From: a virus
DNA: 64,000 nt
IMG/VR virus record: IMGVR_UViG_3300038620_000086
Location: 8,841 to 72,840 of that record
Direction: 5' to 3' (one strand)
A program made the translations under genes and the position numbers. Below, one piece after another: positions 1 to 7,851 of the stretch (positions are counted from its first letter, which is position 1; every line of letters begins with the position of its first letter). The notes beneath the pieces are model-generated. The model saw only the letters and a list, made by a program, of their open reading frames with translations, was not told the DNA's origin and did no database searches.

Positions 1-2728
1 TAAGGTCAGTAACTGGTCTTCCCTGGTTTACTGATTCTTCTATGCTTAACTGAGTTATTTCTCTGTCCAGTTCACTAACTTCCTTGGAGGTTCGGTAAAG
101 TTTTTCTAGCTGTTTAATCTCCTGATCAGGGTCACTTATAAACCGACCGATTTGCATATAGATTTGTTCATAAGTCATTAGGAGGTCTTCTAGACCCCGA
201 CCAATTAGATCAGCTAGAGAAGCCTCTCTACTCATATCAACATTTGCGGCTTCTCGAACCGCTGGGATCCAATAAAGTAGGTTGGCAGGTACGTTTTGAG
301 ATACATCTTCCCAACGCTTAGCCATCTCTTGAATCCGGCGGCTGCCAACGCCAGAAACCCTGATCGTTCCATCTTGAGTAATAGCAACGTGAGGTTCTCT
401 ACCAACTTCACGTTGAAGAGTTGCTAGGGCACTTTCGACCTTATCTTTGTTTCCGGCGGATACAGTTGTTATAACCCCTCCCAGTACATTTTCTATAACG
501 TGCGACTGGAACCGACGAGCAATTCCTTGGAGTTTAACTAAGCTGAGGGAACTAGATTCGCTAGCAGTTCCTCCCTTAACGTCAAGACCAACATAGAGAT
601 TCTGAATTATCCCCATCAAGGGGTTTTTGCTTTCTCGGACGATTTGCCGGTTAAGTTCGTCCTCCATATGAGCTGAGGCTAGAGACAAACCTCTGAACAA
701 ACCGTAGCTTAAGAAAGAGGCAGATATAGCAGACACCGTCTCGGCTATTCCACCAAGACCTTTTTCAAATGGACCTGCGGGAAGCTCTTCAGGGTCATAA
801 TATTGACGGTCAGCAAATCCAGGAGAAGACTCGTAAAAACCCTCCCTCCTTCGCTGTTGTTCTTGGTAGTAGTAGTGAGCTGTGGCACGATCAAGTAGGT
901 GTCCTAACGTTGCCACTCCTCCTTCTAAAAAAGTTTCATCTTTCTCGAAGGCGGGGGAACGAAGTACATTAGGAAAAGATTGGTGAAGAAAACGATTCAA
1001 TCTTTCTTTAAATGGAACTCGGTTAAGATCCTCATTTAATTGCTCATCTTCAAAAGGAGTGACCTTAGGTAGCGTTGGTGCCCCTCGAAACTGACTATAA
1101 AATGACGCTGGTAGCTCAGAAGGAATTTTTACTTCTTCTTTCAGATAGTGCCTAGAACCTTCAACCGGTTTAGGAAGAGCGCGGATCGTTTTAACGCTGT
1201 AGACTGAAGGGTGATCATACTCCCCGCTTCCATAGTCAACCGAATCAACATCACCAATTTCGTTGGATCCTGACTTAATAGTGGTTGGTACAGACCTATC
1301 TAATCTTTCTACTGAAACGTTATCTAAAGAGTCTAGCTTTCCTATTAAGTTCTGATGCTCCCCGTAAGTTTGCTGTACAATGGACATTAGTTTCCGAATG
1401 CTCTTAGGATCCATCTCTGTGGTAATCCTCAATGCCATTTCTTCGTGAGATTCTCCAACAAACCGACGGGTTGTTAGATAAGCAACATCAGTTCCTTTCT
1501 CGTTAATGTCTTCAACGAAATAAAGGTTGTAGTGAGGTGTATCAGTCTTGGTACGATCTGGTTTTAGGAATTCTGCTCCGGCTCTTTCTAGGCGACTAAC
1601 GATCCTTTGTGTAGCCTCTTCGGGATCAACGTCTTTAGTTGCAATAGTAACGTCAGAACCAGTTCTTTCCTTAGCCTCTAGTAGCCCGACTATTTCCCGA
1701 AAATGCTCTTTTGCTTGTAGGTCTTTCTTAGATGGATCTTTACGATCCTCCATCTCATTATACTGGAAGGACGCAGTCGCAATTGTTACGTCTCCACTGG
1801 AACGCCTAATGTCCTCTTTTAGAGACTCAAATATGACGTTTCCGCCGCCTTTTACAATATCACCTTCATAAGACCTGTCCCTTTTCCCTTCAGCTTCCCT
1901 TTCGATCTGATTGTAATATTCTTCTACTTCTTTATGAACCTTAGGATGGGTTGTGTGGTAATATATATCAGTTGTTTGCTTCGCCATCGACTCACCTTTT
2001 TGGTTAGTTCCAAATGGTTGAGTTACAAAGAAGGTATGTTCTTCTCCTCCTTTTTCACCGATGATAAACTTGGAGTGAAGCAAACGAGGCTGAGATCCCC
2101 CTCCTTCGGTCAGTTCTCTCCCTTCGTAAGGTTTAAAGTTGCCGCCTTTACTATTCTGAAACTCTATGGCATTGCGTTTAACATTAACCTCAGTTGGTTC
2201 AAAGTTAGTAACGTCAACAATGACCTCGGCGTCGGATGACCGTAGAAAGTCCGCCTCTGTTTGTGTTCCAAAGATCGACGTCGTCCACCAATTTCTAATA
2301 GAACCAAATGGTCCAATTTTCTGCTCCTTCTTACTTTGAGATTCAAAACTATATTCCACCTTTGTTTTAGCTCTAGGATCAGCAATAAACTGAACAGCTT
2401 TTATATTCTCAAGATCACCTGTTAACTCTTTTACCTTCTCCGGAGTAGTGATCCCAGCTTCGACATGAGAGGCACTTCCCTCAAACTTTAGATTAGACCT
2501 CCATTGTTGGTCTTCAACATGGGAAAACCTCTTTCCCAATGCAACCCGAATTTCTTGATCCGAGTTCCGAGCTTGACTTGCCACTCTAGAGATTAATTTT
2601 TCTGTGTAGTGGCTTTCCTTAGAAAGAGATATATTAACTGTCTCGCCAGAAGACAAGATGTCATCCTCTTGTTCTGTATACTGGCGATACCATTGTGGAG
2701 CCTTAGTTTCAAATCCAACGGGAGCCAT
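1..2728 (-). CDS. Large protein, 3'-truncated by window edge (>=909 aa); degenerate PLD/HKD-like segments; candidate virion/ejection or tape-measure-type protein
   Basis: Not in ORF track. I translated the minus strand from ATG 2728 (MAPVGFETKAPQWYRQY...) to position 1 with no stop. It overlaps the upstream gene's stop by 20 nt. Contains LHSKFIIGE (2077-2054) and a PLD-like run (IRRSSGDVTIATASF...RLERAGAEF...PHYNLYFVE). Confidence 0.85.
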   Translation of the reverse strand, partial: MAPVGFETKAPQWYRQYTEQEDDILSSGETVNISLSKESHYTEKLISRVASQARNSDQEIRVALGKRFSHVEDQQWRSNLKFEGSASHVEAGITTPEKVKELTGDLENIKAVQFIADPRAKTKVEYSFESQSKKEQKIGPFGSIRNWWTTSIFGTQTEADFLRSSDAEVIVDVTNFEPTEVNVKRNAIEFQNSKGGNFKPYEGRELTEGGGSQPRLLHSKFIIGEKGGEEHTFFVTQPFGTNQKGESMAKQTTDIYYHTTHPKVHKEVEEYYNQIEREAEGKRDRSYEGDIVKGGGNVIFESLKEDIRRSSGDVTIATASFQYNEMEDRKDPSKKDLQAKEHFREIVGLLEAKERTGSDVTIATKDVDPEEATQRIVSRLERAGAEFLKPDRTKTDTPHYNLYFVEDINEKGTDVAYLTTRRFVGESHEEMALRITTEMDPKSIRKLMSIVQQTYGEHQNLIGKLDSLDNVSVERLDRSVPTTIKSGSNEIGDVDSVDYGSGEYDHPSVYSVKTIRALPKPVEGSRHYLKEEVKIPSELPASFYSQFRGAPTLPKVTPFEDEQLNEDLNRVPFKERLNRFLHQSFPNVLRSPAFEKDETFLEGGVATLGHLLDRATAHYYYQEQQRRREGFYESSPGFADRQYYDPEELPAGPFEKGLGGIAETVSAISASFLSYGLFRGLSLASAHMEDELNRQIVRESKNPLMGIIQNLYVGLDVKGGTASESSSLSLVKLQGIARRFQSHVIENVLGGVITTVSAGNKDKVESALATLQREVGREPHVAITQDGTIRVSGVGSRRIQEMAKRWEDVSQNVPANLLYWIPAVREAANVDMSREASLADLIGRGLEDLLMTYEQIYMQIGRFISDPDQEIKQLEKLYRTSKEVSELDREITQLSIEESVNQGRPVTDL

Positions 2729-3527
2729 ATAGACTATCGGTTTGGTCGCAAAGCAAAAGCTGGTCTAAAGAAACGGCTGGTTGATATTCTAAGTCAAAAG
2801 GATAGTCCGGCGGCGGAGACCAATCGGGCAAAAAGTTGAAGTAGTTCCAGCCTACTGACCATCGTAACGTATTTAGGGGGTAGCTTCTTGCCGCGATCGA
2901 TGCTAACCCGTAGAAGTCTCCAGGGAGGGGGATGGGAGCATAGGGCGGGTAGGGAACTAAAAGCCTGGTGATTCGGTGAATAGGAGTTTCTGGAACGACC
3001 CAATACTGAGTATCAATTGGCTCTCTTGGGTTGTCTTTGTGATAATATTCAACTTTATAGCGGTCAATCGGACTTGGGTGAGTCAGTACGCTTGGTGCTA
3101 GCTCCAACTTAAGATCACCATCTGCTGGAATAACTATGTTTCTCTTTTCTGGCAGGGGTTGTTCATAACCAAAGTAAGTGCTGTTTGGAGAGTAAATAGT
3201 GAGAAAATAGTCTGAGTGGTTAAACTTAGAGTCGGCTTCAGAGTTCTCAACTTTTATTGTCACCTCTTCGTAGCCTTCATCTAATAAGATGCTAGGAAGA
3301 GCAAATGTAATAGGGTCTAATCTTTTATACTCGAAAAGAGATCCAGAGAAGTCTTCAACGCCCTTCAAAACCTCGTTTTGTTCTTTCCATACTAAAGTAA
3401 ACTCATCCTCATTTTCTAACTGTGGGATGCGAAAAATTAGACTTACATCTGGTTCTACTGTTAGTTCTATGGGAGATTCAACCTCAATAGAAGACTGGAA
3501 CTTGATCCTAATAGGGGTCTTGTCCAA
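2709..3527 (-). CDS. Hypothetical protein (272 aa), probably virion-associated
   Basis: Long ORF overlapping both neighbours in the same orientation; no motif recognised. Confidence 0.75.
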   Translation of the reverse strand: MDKTPIRIKFQSSIEVESPIELTVEPDVSLIFRIPQLENEDEFTLVWKEQNEVLKGVEDFSGSLFEYKRLDPITFALPSILLDEGYEEVTIKVENSEADSKFNHSDYFLTIYSPNSTYFGYEQPLPEKRNIVIPADGDLKLELAPSVLTHPSPIDRYKVEYYHKDNPREPIDTQYWVVPETPIHRITRLLVPYPPYAPIPLPGDFYGLASIAARSYPLNTLRWSVGWNYFNFLPDWSPPPDYPFDLEYQPAVSLDQLLLCDQTDSLYGSRWI

Positions 3528-5295
3528 AATATCCTCCTTTTCTTCGTCTTTGTAAGTAGTCTAATCGGGACTTTCCTCTTTCTAAGAAAGAGGGATCAGA
3601 TCCTAAGAGTGAGGGGTCAAAGTTTTTATTGTCGGGCTGGTCTTCAGATTTCACCGACGATGCAGATACAACCCTTGGAATGTCATCTGAGTTCTCATCT
3701 CCAGTTAAATGCCAGACCACTGAAGCGATCCCATCTGCTAAGTCTTTACTCCCATTCTTCGGGTGGTCGATTCGTGTATTGTTAATCAACTCTAGCTGGT
3801 TAAGCTCATCTTTAGCCAGTTCTTTAACCGGCGAATCCTTAGGTAAAATGACCCTACCCTCATTCAGCATCGTTTGAAGCTGTTCGTAGATCATTAGCTG
3901 AAACTTGCCGCCGAAAAACTTTGCCTCAGCGTTAATGCCCCACTGTCTAATGCGTTGGATAGTCTCGGCATTCTGGTGATGGTCAGACGTCACCTTAAAG
4001 ATTGGTCGATGTTGGTGAATGTCAAATAAACATTCCTGAACGTTACTAATAGATACTTGATAGCCTGGGTCGGGTTGCCATGCCATAAGGACATCAATGG
4101 TAACGACTCTCAAGCCCTCTTCATTTCTCTCGGCATGACCAACTACTAAAGAGTAGGCATCTCGAACAACAGCAGGGTCAATATGGGCAATAGAAGGGGT
4201 ATCAGATTCAGTAACCTGTTTAATCCTTTTCTTAATTAGACCGCCCTTAGGCTCTTCGTCAGAATAGGTTACTTTAGAACGACCCCGGAAGCTCAACCTA
4301 ATGCTGTCAGGGTTTAAAAAGCGGGTTTGTGGGGTAATCCGCTTTCCTTCAAACTCCAGAGCTGCTTTTAAAGGGTTCAGAGAATACTCACTTCGAACAA
4401 CCGGGTTATCTCTAGCAGCGTGTTTAGGGTTGATATCCCAACTTTTTAGGCGAAAGCCAATAAAAGAGCTTTCATCTTCGGCAACCTTTTCATAAAGTTG
4501 TTCGATAGCATCTCCTGGTTCCCAAGCCGAACTTATAGCAACCCTCTTCGCTTCTGACCCAAACGTCATACCACTCAAACCTACGTTGCTCCAAAGGTTC
4601 TGAGCGTTGCTATTCCCCTCAGAGTCAACGGCGAACCTAGCCACCTCGTCCATCACCATGCAGATAACGTTCTGTCCGACTTGGCTAGAGCTTTCGCTGT
4701 TTCCAGGATAAATATGGACATTTTTCTCTTCATGGTCAATTGACTCTTTTCTTACAAAAACTTCACCTCTATCTATCATCCGTCTTAGTGGGCGGACTAG
4801 AGGGATCAAACCTCTAACATAAGAAAAGATCGTTTGCTTCGTCTGAGTAGCTGTCGTCGCGATCGCTAACAGTGAAATAGGAGAGTTCCCAGCTATACCA
4901 TAGTGCCCCTGTGGGTTATCCATCATAACTAGCTTTAGGAATTCATAAGCCAATATAATGGAAGCAAGATTACTTTTACCTCCACGCCTCCCTGCTTCTA
5001 AAATGAGTCCCTGATATTCTTTGTCAGGATCCATTGGATCCCAAGTCGTTTTCTGATCGTAGCGCCACCTCTCAAGTATTTCTCTATCACCTTTATCTAG
5101 CTTGGCTCCATAAAGCACTTTTAGAACTAACAACTGTTCCTTACAAAGCTCAATCCCCCATTTCTCCTGATCAATCTCATTTTCGACGAAATTAACAATA
5201 TCGGTATTTAAACCCCAAGAAGAGGATGACTTGATACTAAAGGCTAAATCTTGGAAGAAGTTCGACTCGTCTATTGATTCCTGCTGTTTTGCCAT
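3508..5295 (-). CDS. terL: Terminase large subunit
   Basis: Walker A (AGRRGGKS), Walker B (CMVMDEVARF), coupling motif (AISSA), RNase H-like nuclease aspartates (AHIDPA, VTSDHHQ, SKDLADG). Confidence 0.93.
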   Translation of the reverse strand: MAKQQESIDESNFFQDLAFSIKSSSSWGLNTDIVNFVENEIDQEKWGIELCKEQLLVLKVLYGAKLDKGDREILERWRYDQKTTWDPMDPDKEYQGLILEAGRRGGKSNLASIILAYEFLKLVMMDNPQGHYGIAGNSPISLLAIATTATQTKQTIFSYVRGLIPLVRPLRRMIDRGEVFVRKESIDHEEKNVHIYPGNSESSSQVGQNVICMVMDEVARFAVDSEGNSNAQNLWSNVGLSGMTFGSEAKRVAISSAWEPGDAIEQLYEKVAEDESSFIGFRLKSWDINPKHAARDNPVVRSEYSLNPLKAALEFEGKRITPQTRFLNPDSIRLSFRGRSKVTYSDEEPKGGLIKKRIKQVTESDTPSIAHIDPAVVRDAYSLVVGHAERNEEGLRVVTIDVLMAWQPDPGYQVSISNVQECLFDIHQHRPIFKVTSDHHQNAETIQRIRQWGINAEAKFFGGKFQLMIYEQLQTMLNEGRVILPKDSPVKELAKDELNQLELINNTRIDHPKNGSKDLADGIASVVWHLTGDENSDDIPRVVSASSVKSEDQPDNKNFDPSLLGSDPSFLERGKSRLDYLQRRRKGGYFGQDPY

Positions 5296-6195
5296 TTATG
5301 CCTGTCCAATTAACTTCACAGCTTCCAGCCAATAGTTCAATTCAACCGAACGGTCTAAAGATTCCACGACCAACTCTGCAAGGGAGTTAAAGTTATCTAG
5401 ATCCAGCCGGTTGGAAGGAGTGCTAGATAAAGTAAAGTCTGAGATAGACATCCTTAGCCCCTCGTTAGGGAGTAGGGTATCCCCAACGACTGTGCTGTCA
5501 GTGTTCCTAACAAAATAGTTGTTTCCAGAATCTAATGTGATCGGGAAGGATTCTGTCCAAAATGGTTGAGTCGTTCCTACTAAGTTTTCCTTAAGAAGAT
5601 CCACTTCAAGTTGGTTCGGCAATGACCGGTTATTTCCAGTAACCACTTCAATTTGGTAGCTAATAATCCGAGCATTTCCCAAAAATCCTGGAGGATAGAC
5701 TGAAAAGGAATCACCGTTAAACAGCTTTCGATAGCCAGAGATGACATACCGACTAAGATTGTCTAAGAGGTCACCAGAGATACTCCCCCTACGGGAGTCA
5801 GCGATTTGTATCTGTGCCGAACCCTGGATGGTATTTACATTACTAATTCTCCGAGCGTCATCAAGAACTGAAGGATCATTATCTGGATCCTCTCCGGATA
5901 ATAAGAAGTAAAGAAGCTCATTTTCTACAGATTTAACTGCTGGTTGACTCGCTTGAAACGCACTAGCGGTTATCTGAGAAAGAGTTGTTCCTTCAGGGAA
6001 TACCCTTTCGAGGTTGTTATCTACAATATATAAGACATCCCCAGGTCTAGCATCAATTAGCCTTGGGTCATCGGGGCTCACCGGTTGATGAGAATGACTG
6101 TTGTACTTAATAAAAGCGTCTTCTACATCATCTACGGAGTCATCCCCAAATAGCGAACTTGAAAAAGTAACTTGATGACTTGACTGGACACTCAA
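5296..6195 (-). CDS. Hypothetical protein (299 aa), TTG start, abuts terL
   Basis: GGGAG 8 nt upstream of TTG; stop directly adjacent to the terL ATG. Confidence 0.75.
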   Translation of the reverse strand: MSVQSSHQVTFSSSLFGDDSVDDVEDAFIKYNSHSHQPVSPDDPRLIDARPGDVLYIVDNNLERVFPEGTTLSQITASAFQASQPAVKSVENELLYFLLSGEDPDNDPSVLDDARRISNVNTIQGSAQIQIADSRRGSISGDLLDNLSRYVISGYRKLFNGDSFSVYPPGFLGNARIISYQIEVVTGNNRSLPNQLEVDLLKENLVGTTQPFWTESFPITLDSGNNYFVRNTDSTVVGDTLLPNEGLRMSISDFTLSSTPSNRLDLDNFNSLAELVVESLDRSVELNYWLEAVKLIGQA

Positions 6196-6200
6196 AATGC

Positions 6201-6248
6201 AATCTCCCAGCTCTACTAGTTCAATTCTCTCTTGAGAGCTGGAAGATT
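6201..6248 (-). promoter_or_regulatory. 14-bp RNA stem-loop that sequesters the Shine-Dalgarno of the 299-aa gene
   Basis: Minus-strand transcript AAUCUUCCAGCUCU (6248-6235) pairs with AGAGCUGGGAGAUU (6214-6201) with a single U-G wobble; the 3' arm contains GGGAG (6208-6204). Confidence 0.6.
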
Positions 6249-6267
6249 ACGTTTCAATCTTTTTTCT

Positions 6268-7158
6268 TCAATCGCTTATCGAGTATCCAAACAGCATAAT
6301 ATCTCCGACAACGCTGCTACCACCACTAGAAGGTTGTAGGACTTCTATGTAAAGGTGATTGTTATTAGTTTCAAAGGCAGAACCCGCAAAGAAATAATGA
6401 GAGAGAACAGAATTAGACGTATAAGTTCCTGGGACTAAAGTAAAGTCTTCAGTCCTATTGTAGGTTGATCCATCATACCAACCAAACCGATAAACTGTAT
6501 CTGTTGGCTGGTTTCCATCAGCTTCGTCTCTAACGAAGAAATCTAGATGATGTGGAACAAACCAATCTAAAATAGTCGGACGGAATAAAACTAGTGGTCC
6601 TTCTGAAACAGTAGAGATATCGACAGATCGGATTCGAGCCTTCAGACTGATCTGAGAAGGACCACCCGCTGTCGGTATGTATTTCCAATGACCATTGTCT
6701 GGGTTGTCCTGTATAGGAATCTTATAGTAACTATCATCTGCTAAAGGAATAGTATCTAAGCGGTCAGCTTGATAAAGACCGCCATATCCATCCCCTACTT
6801 CGTTACGACCTAATACTAGGGCATACTGGTCATGTCCCCTATCGGTAGGTGGCAGGTATGTTCTTAATACTTGGTTAGCGTTTTCGTTACCTTCTTCATC
6901 GGTTGACAAAGGGAGAACTAAGGGGTAACGTCCTCTATCGTCTAGTAAAACGCGATCATTACGGTCAAGAATACGATGGGATCCATCGCTGTGAGAGAGT
7001 CTTACGTCGGTTCTAAGACGCTCGTTAAGAACGGGATTAGCTGATGACCCGTCATGAACGACGATTGTATCGAGGCTAGTGCTATATGTAACTTCTCCCT
7101 CAAGCCCCGAAAAGTTGTCATAATTAGAGATCCGCCTAAACTGAAACTCTAGTGGCAT
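6268..7158 (-). CDS. Fibre/receptor-binding-type virion protein with Mtd_N/hyaluronidase-N-like N-terminal domain
   Basis: N-terminus FQFRR...FSGLEGEVTYSTSLDTIVVHDG matches the QxRR...GE...DT.....HDG pattern of phage fibre N-termini. Confidence 0.65.
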   Translation of the reverse strand: MPLEFQFRRISNYDNFSGLEGEVTYSTSLDTIVVHDGSSANPVLNERLRTDVRLSHSDGSHRILDRNDRVLLDDRGRYPLVLPLSTDEEGNENANQVLRTYLPPTDRGHDQYALVLGRNEVGDGYGGLYQADRLDTIPLADDSYYKIPIQDNPDNGHWKYIPTAGGPSQISLKARIRSVDISTVSEGPLVLFRPTILDWFVPHHLDFFVRDEADGNQPTDTVYRFGWYDGSTYNRTEDFTLVPGTYTSNSVLSHYFFAGSAFETNNNHLYIEVLQPSSGGSSVVGDIMLFGYSISD

Positions 7159-7539
7159 TTATGTCTCCTTTATTTCCAAGTCATATGCTTTAACAACAAG
7201 GGACTTCCCAGGTGATACCCTTTTTCCGGAGTCATTTACCACAGCACCCCAATAGGTAGCTTTGTCTCCTTTGGGGTCTTGCCACAATACGAAATAACGG
7301 ACGTTGACGTCTTTGTTGCCATTATTAACTAAGGTTAACTCAGTCTTATTATAGGAAGATTCACCATCGGTATCCCAATCTGAGAACTCTATAAAGCTTC
7401 CTTTATCCCACTCGACTGGTGTTGGCTGAGTTGACTCTGGGTCAGATCCTGGATCCTTTTCATAAAAGGCAATGTAAACAGGATTGTCAACGAAAACGTT
7501 GGTTTGAAGTCGGTTTTGGAATCCGTCTGTTTTTGGCAT
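7159..7539 (-). CDS. Small virion/tail-associated protein (126 aa), paralog of 33774..34175
   Basis: Pattern YIAFYEKDPG...N...VRYFVLWQDP.G.....G......V.PG....K..DLEI shared with the 133-aa ORF; resembles a widespread small phage structural family. Confidence 0.7.
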   Translation of the reverse strand: MPKTDGFQNRLQTNVFVDNPVYIAFYEKDPGSDPESTQPTPVEWDKGSFIEFSDWDTDGESSYNKTELTLVNNGNKDVNVRYFVLWQDPKGDKATYWGAVVNDSGKRVSPGKSLVVKAYDLEIKET

Positions 7540-7545
7540 AGTTAG

Positions 7546-7821
7546 TTATAAAGGCGATAGGTAGCAATAAATCTGACCAGCATTCATGGAAGATCCATTT
7601 AGAATCTTCTTCACTGCGATTGGATAGATACGACCTGTTTCAACAGGAAGAGTACGAGTTTTACCACTGAAGGTTTCAAATTCGAGGCTTCCTCCAGATG
7701 TTACCTCGATGCCCATTACCATCGGCGGGAGGTTTTGGTTGAATCCTACCTCATTCAATGGGAAAACATCGTAAAAAGGAGAAGTATTTCGAGAGATTTG
7801 GGATGAGTAGTTATTTACCAT
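7546..7821 (-). CDS. Head-spike base protein-like (RcGTA Rcc01079 family-like), 91 aa
   Basis: NLPPMVMGIEVTSGGSLEF...GKTRTLPVETGRIYPIAVKKI...AGQIY resembles the L...RALYVG.GG.V...G...TF.V.AG..LPI.V.RV pattern, and the size fits that family. Confidence 0.55.
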   Translation of the reverse strand: MVNNYSSQISRNTSPFYDVFPLNEVGFNQNLPPMVMGIEVTSGGSLEFETFSGKTRTLPVETGRIYPIAVKKILNGSSMNAGQIYCYLSPL

Positions 7822-7828
7822 GCTAAGA

Positions 7829-7845
7829 TGACGAACGGTTCGTCA
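7829..7845. repeat. Dispersed palindrome copy 1 (TGACGAAC-G-GTTCGTCA), intergenic
   Basis: Perfect 8-1-8 palindrome between the cpcA-like stop and the spike-base-like start. Confidence 0.85.
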
Positions 7846-7851
7846 GAGTAT

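Noticed and set aside
1-2708. Non-coding, degraded or recoded region (only short ORFs in the track)
   Set aside because: A single minus-strand frame is open from 2728 to the edge; the track omitted it because no stop is in view.
3508-5295. Intein or intron in terminase
   Set aside because: Normal length, motifs contiguous, no intein splice motifs.
6268-7158. Diversity-generating retroelement target (because of the Mtd_N-like domain)
   Set aside because: No reverse transcriptase and no template/variable repeat pair seen in the window.
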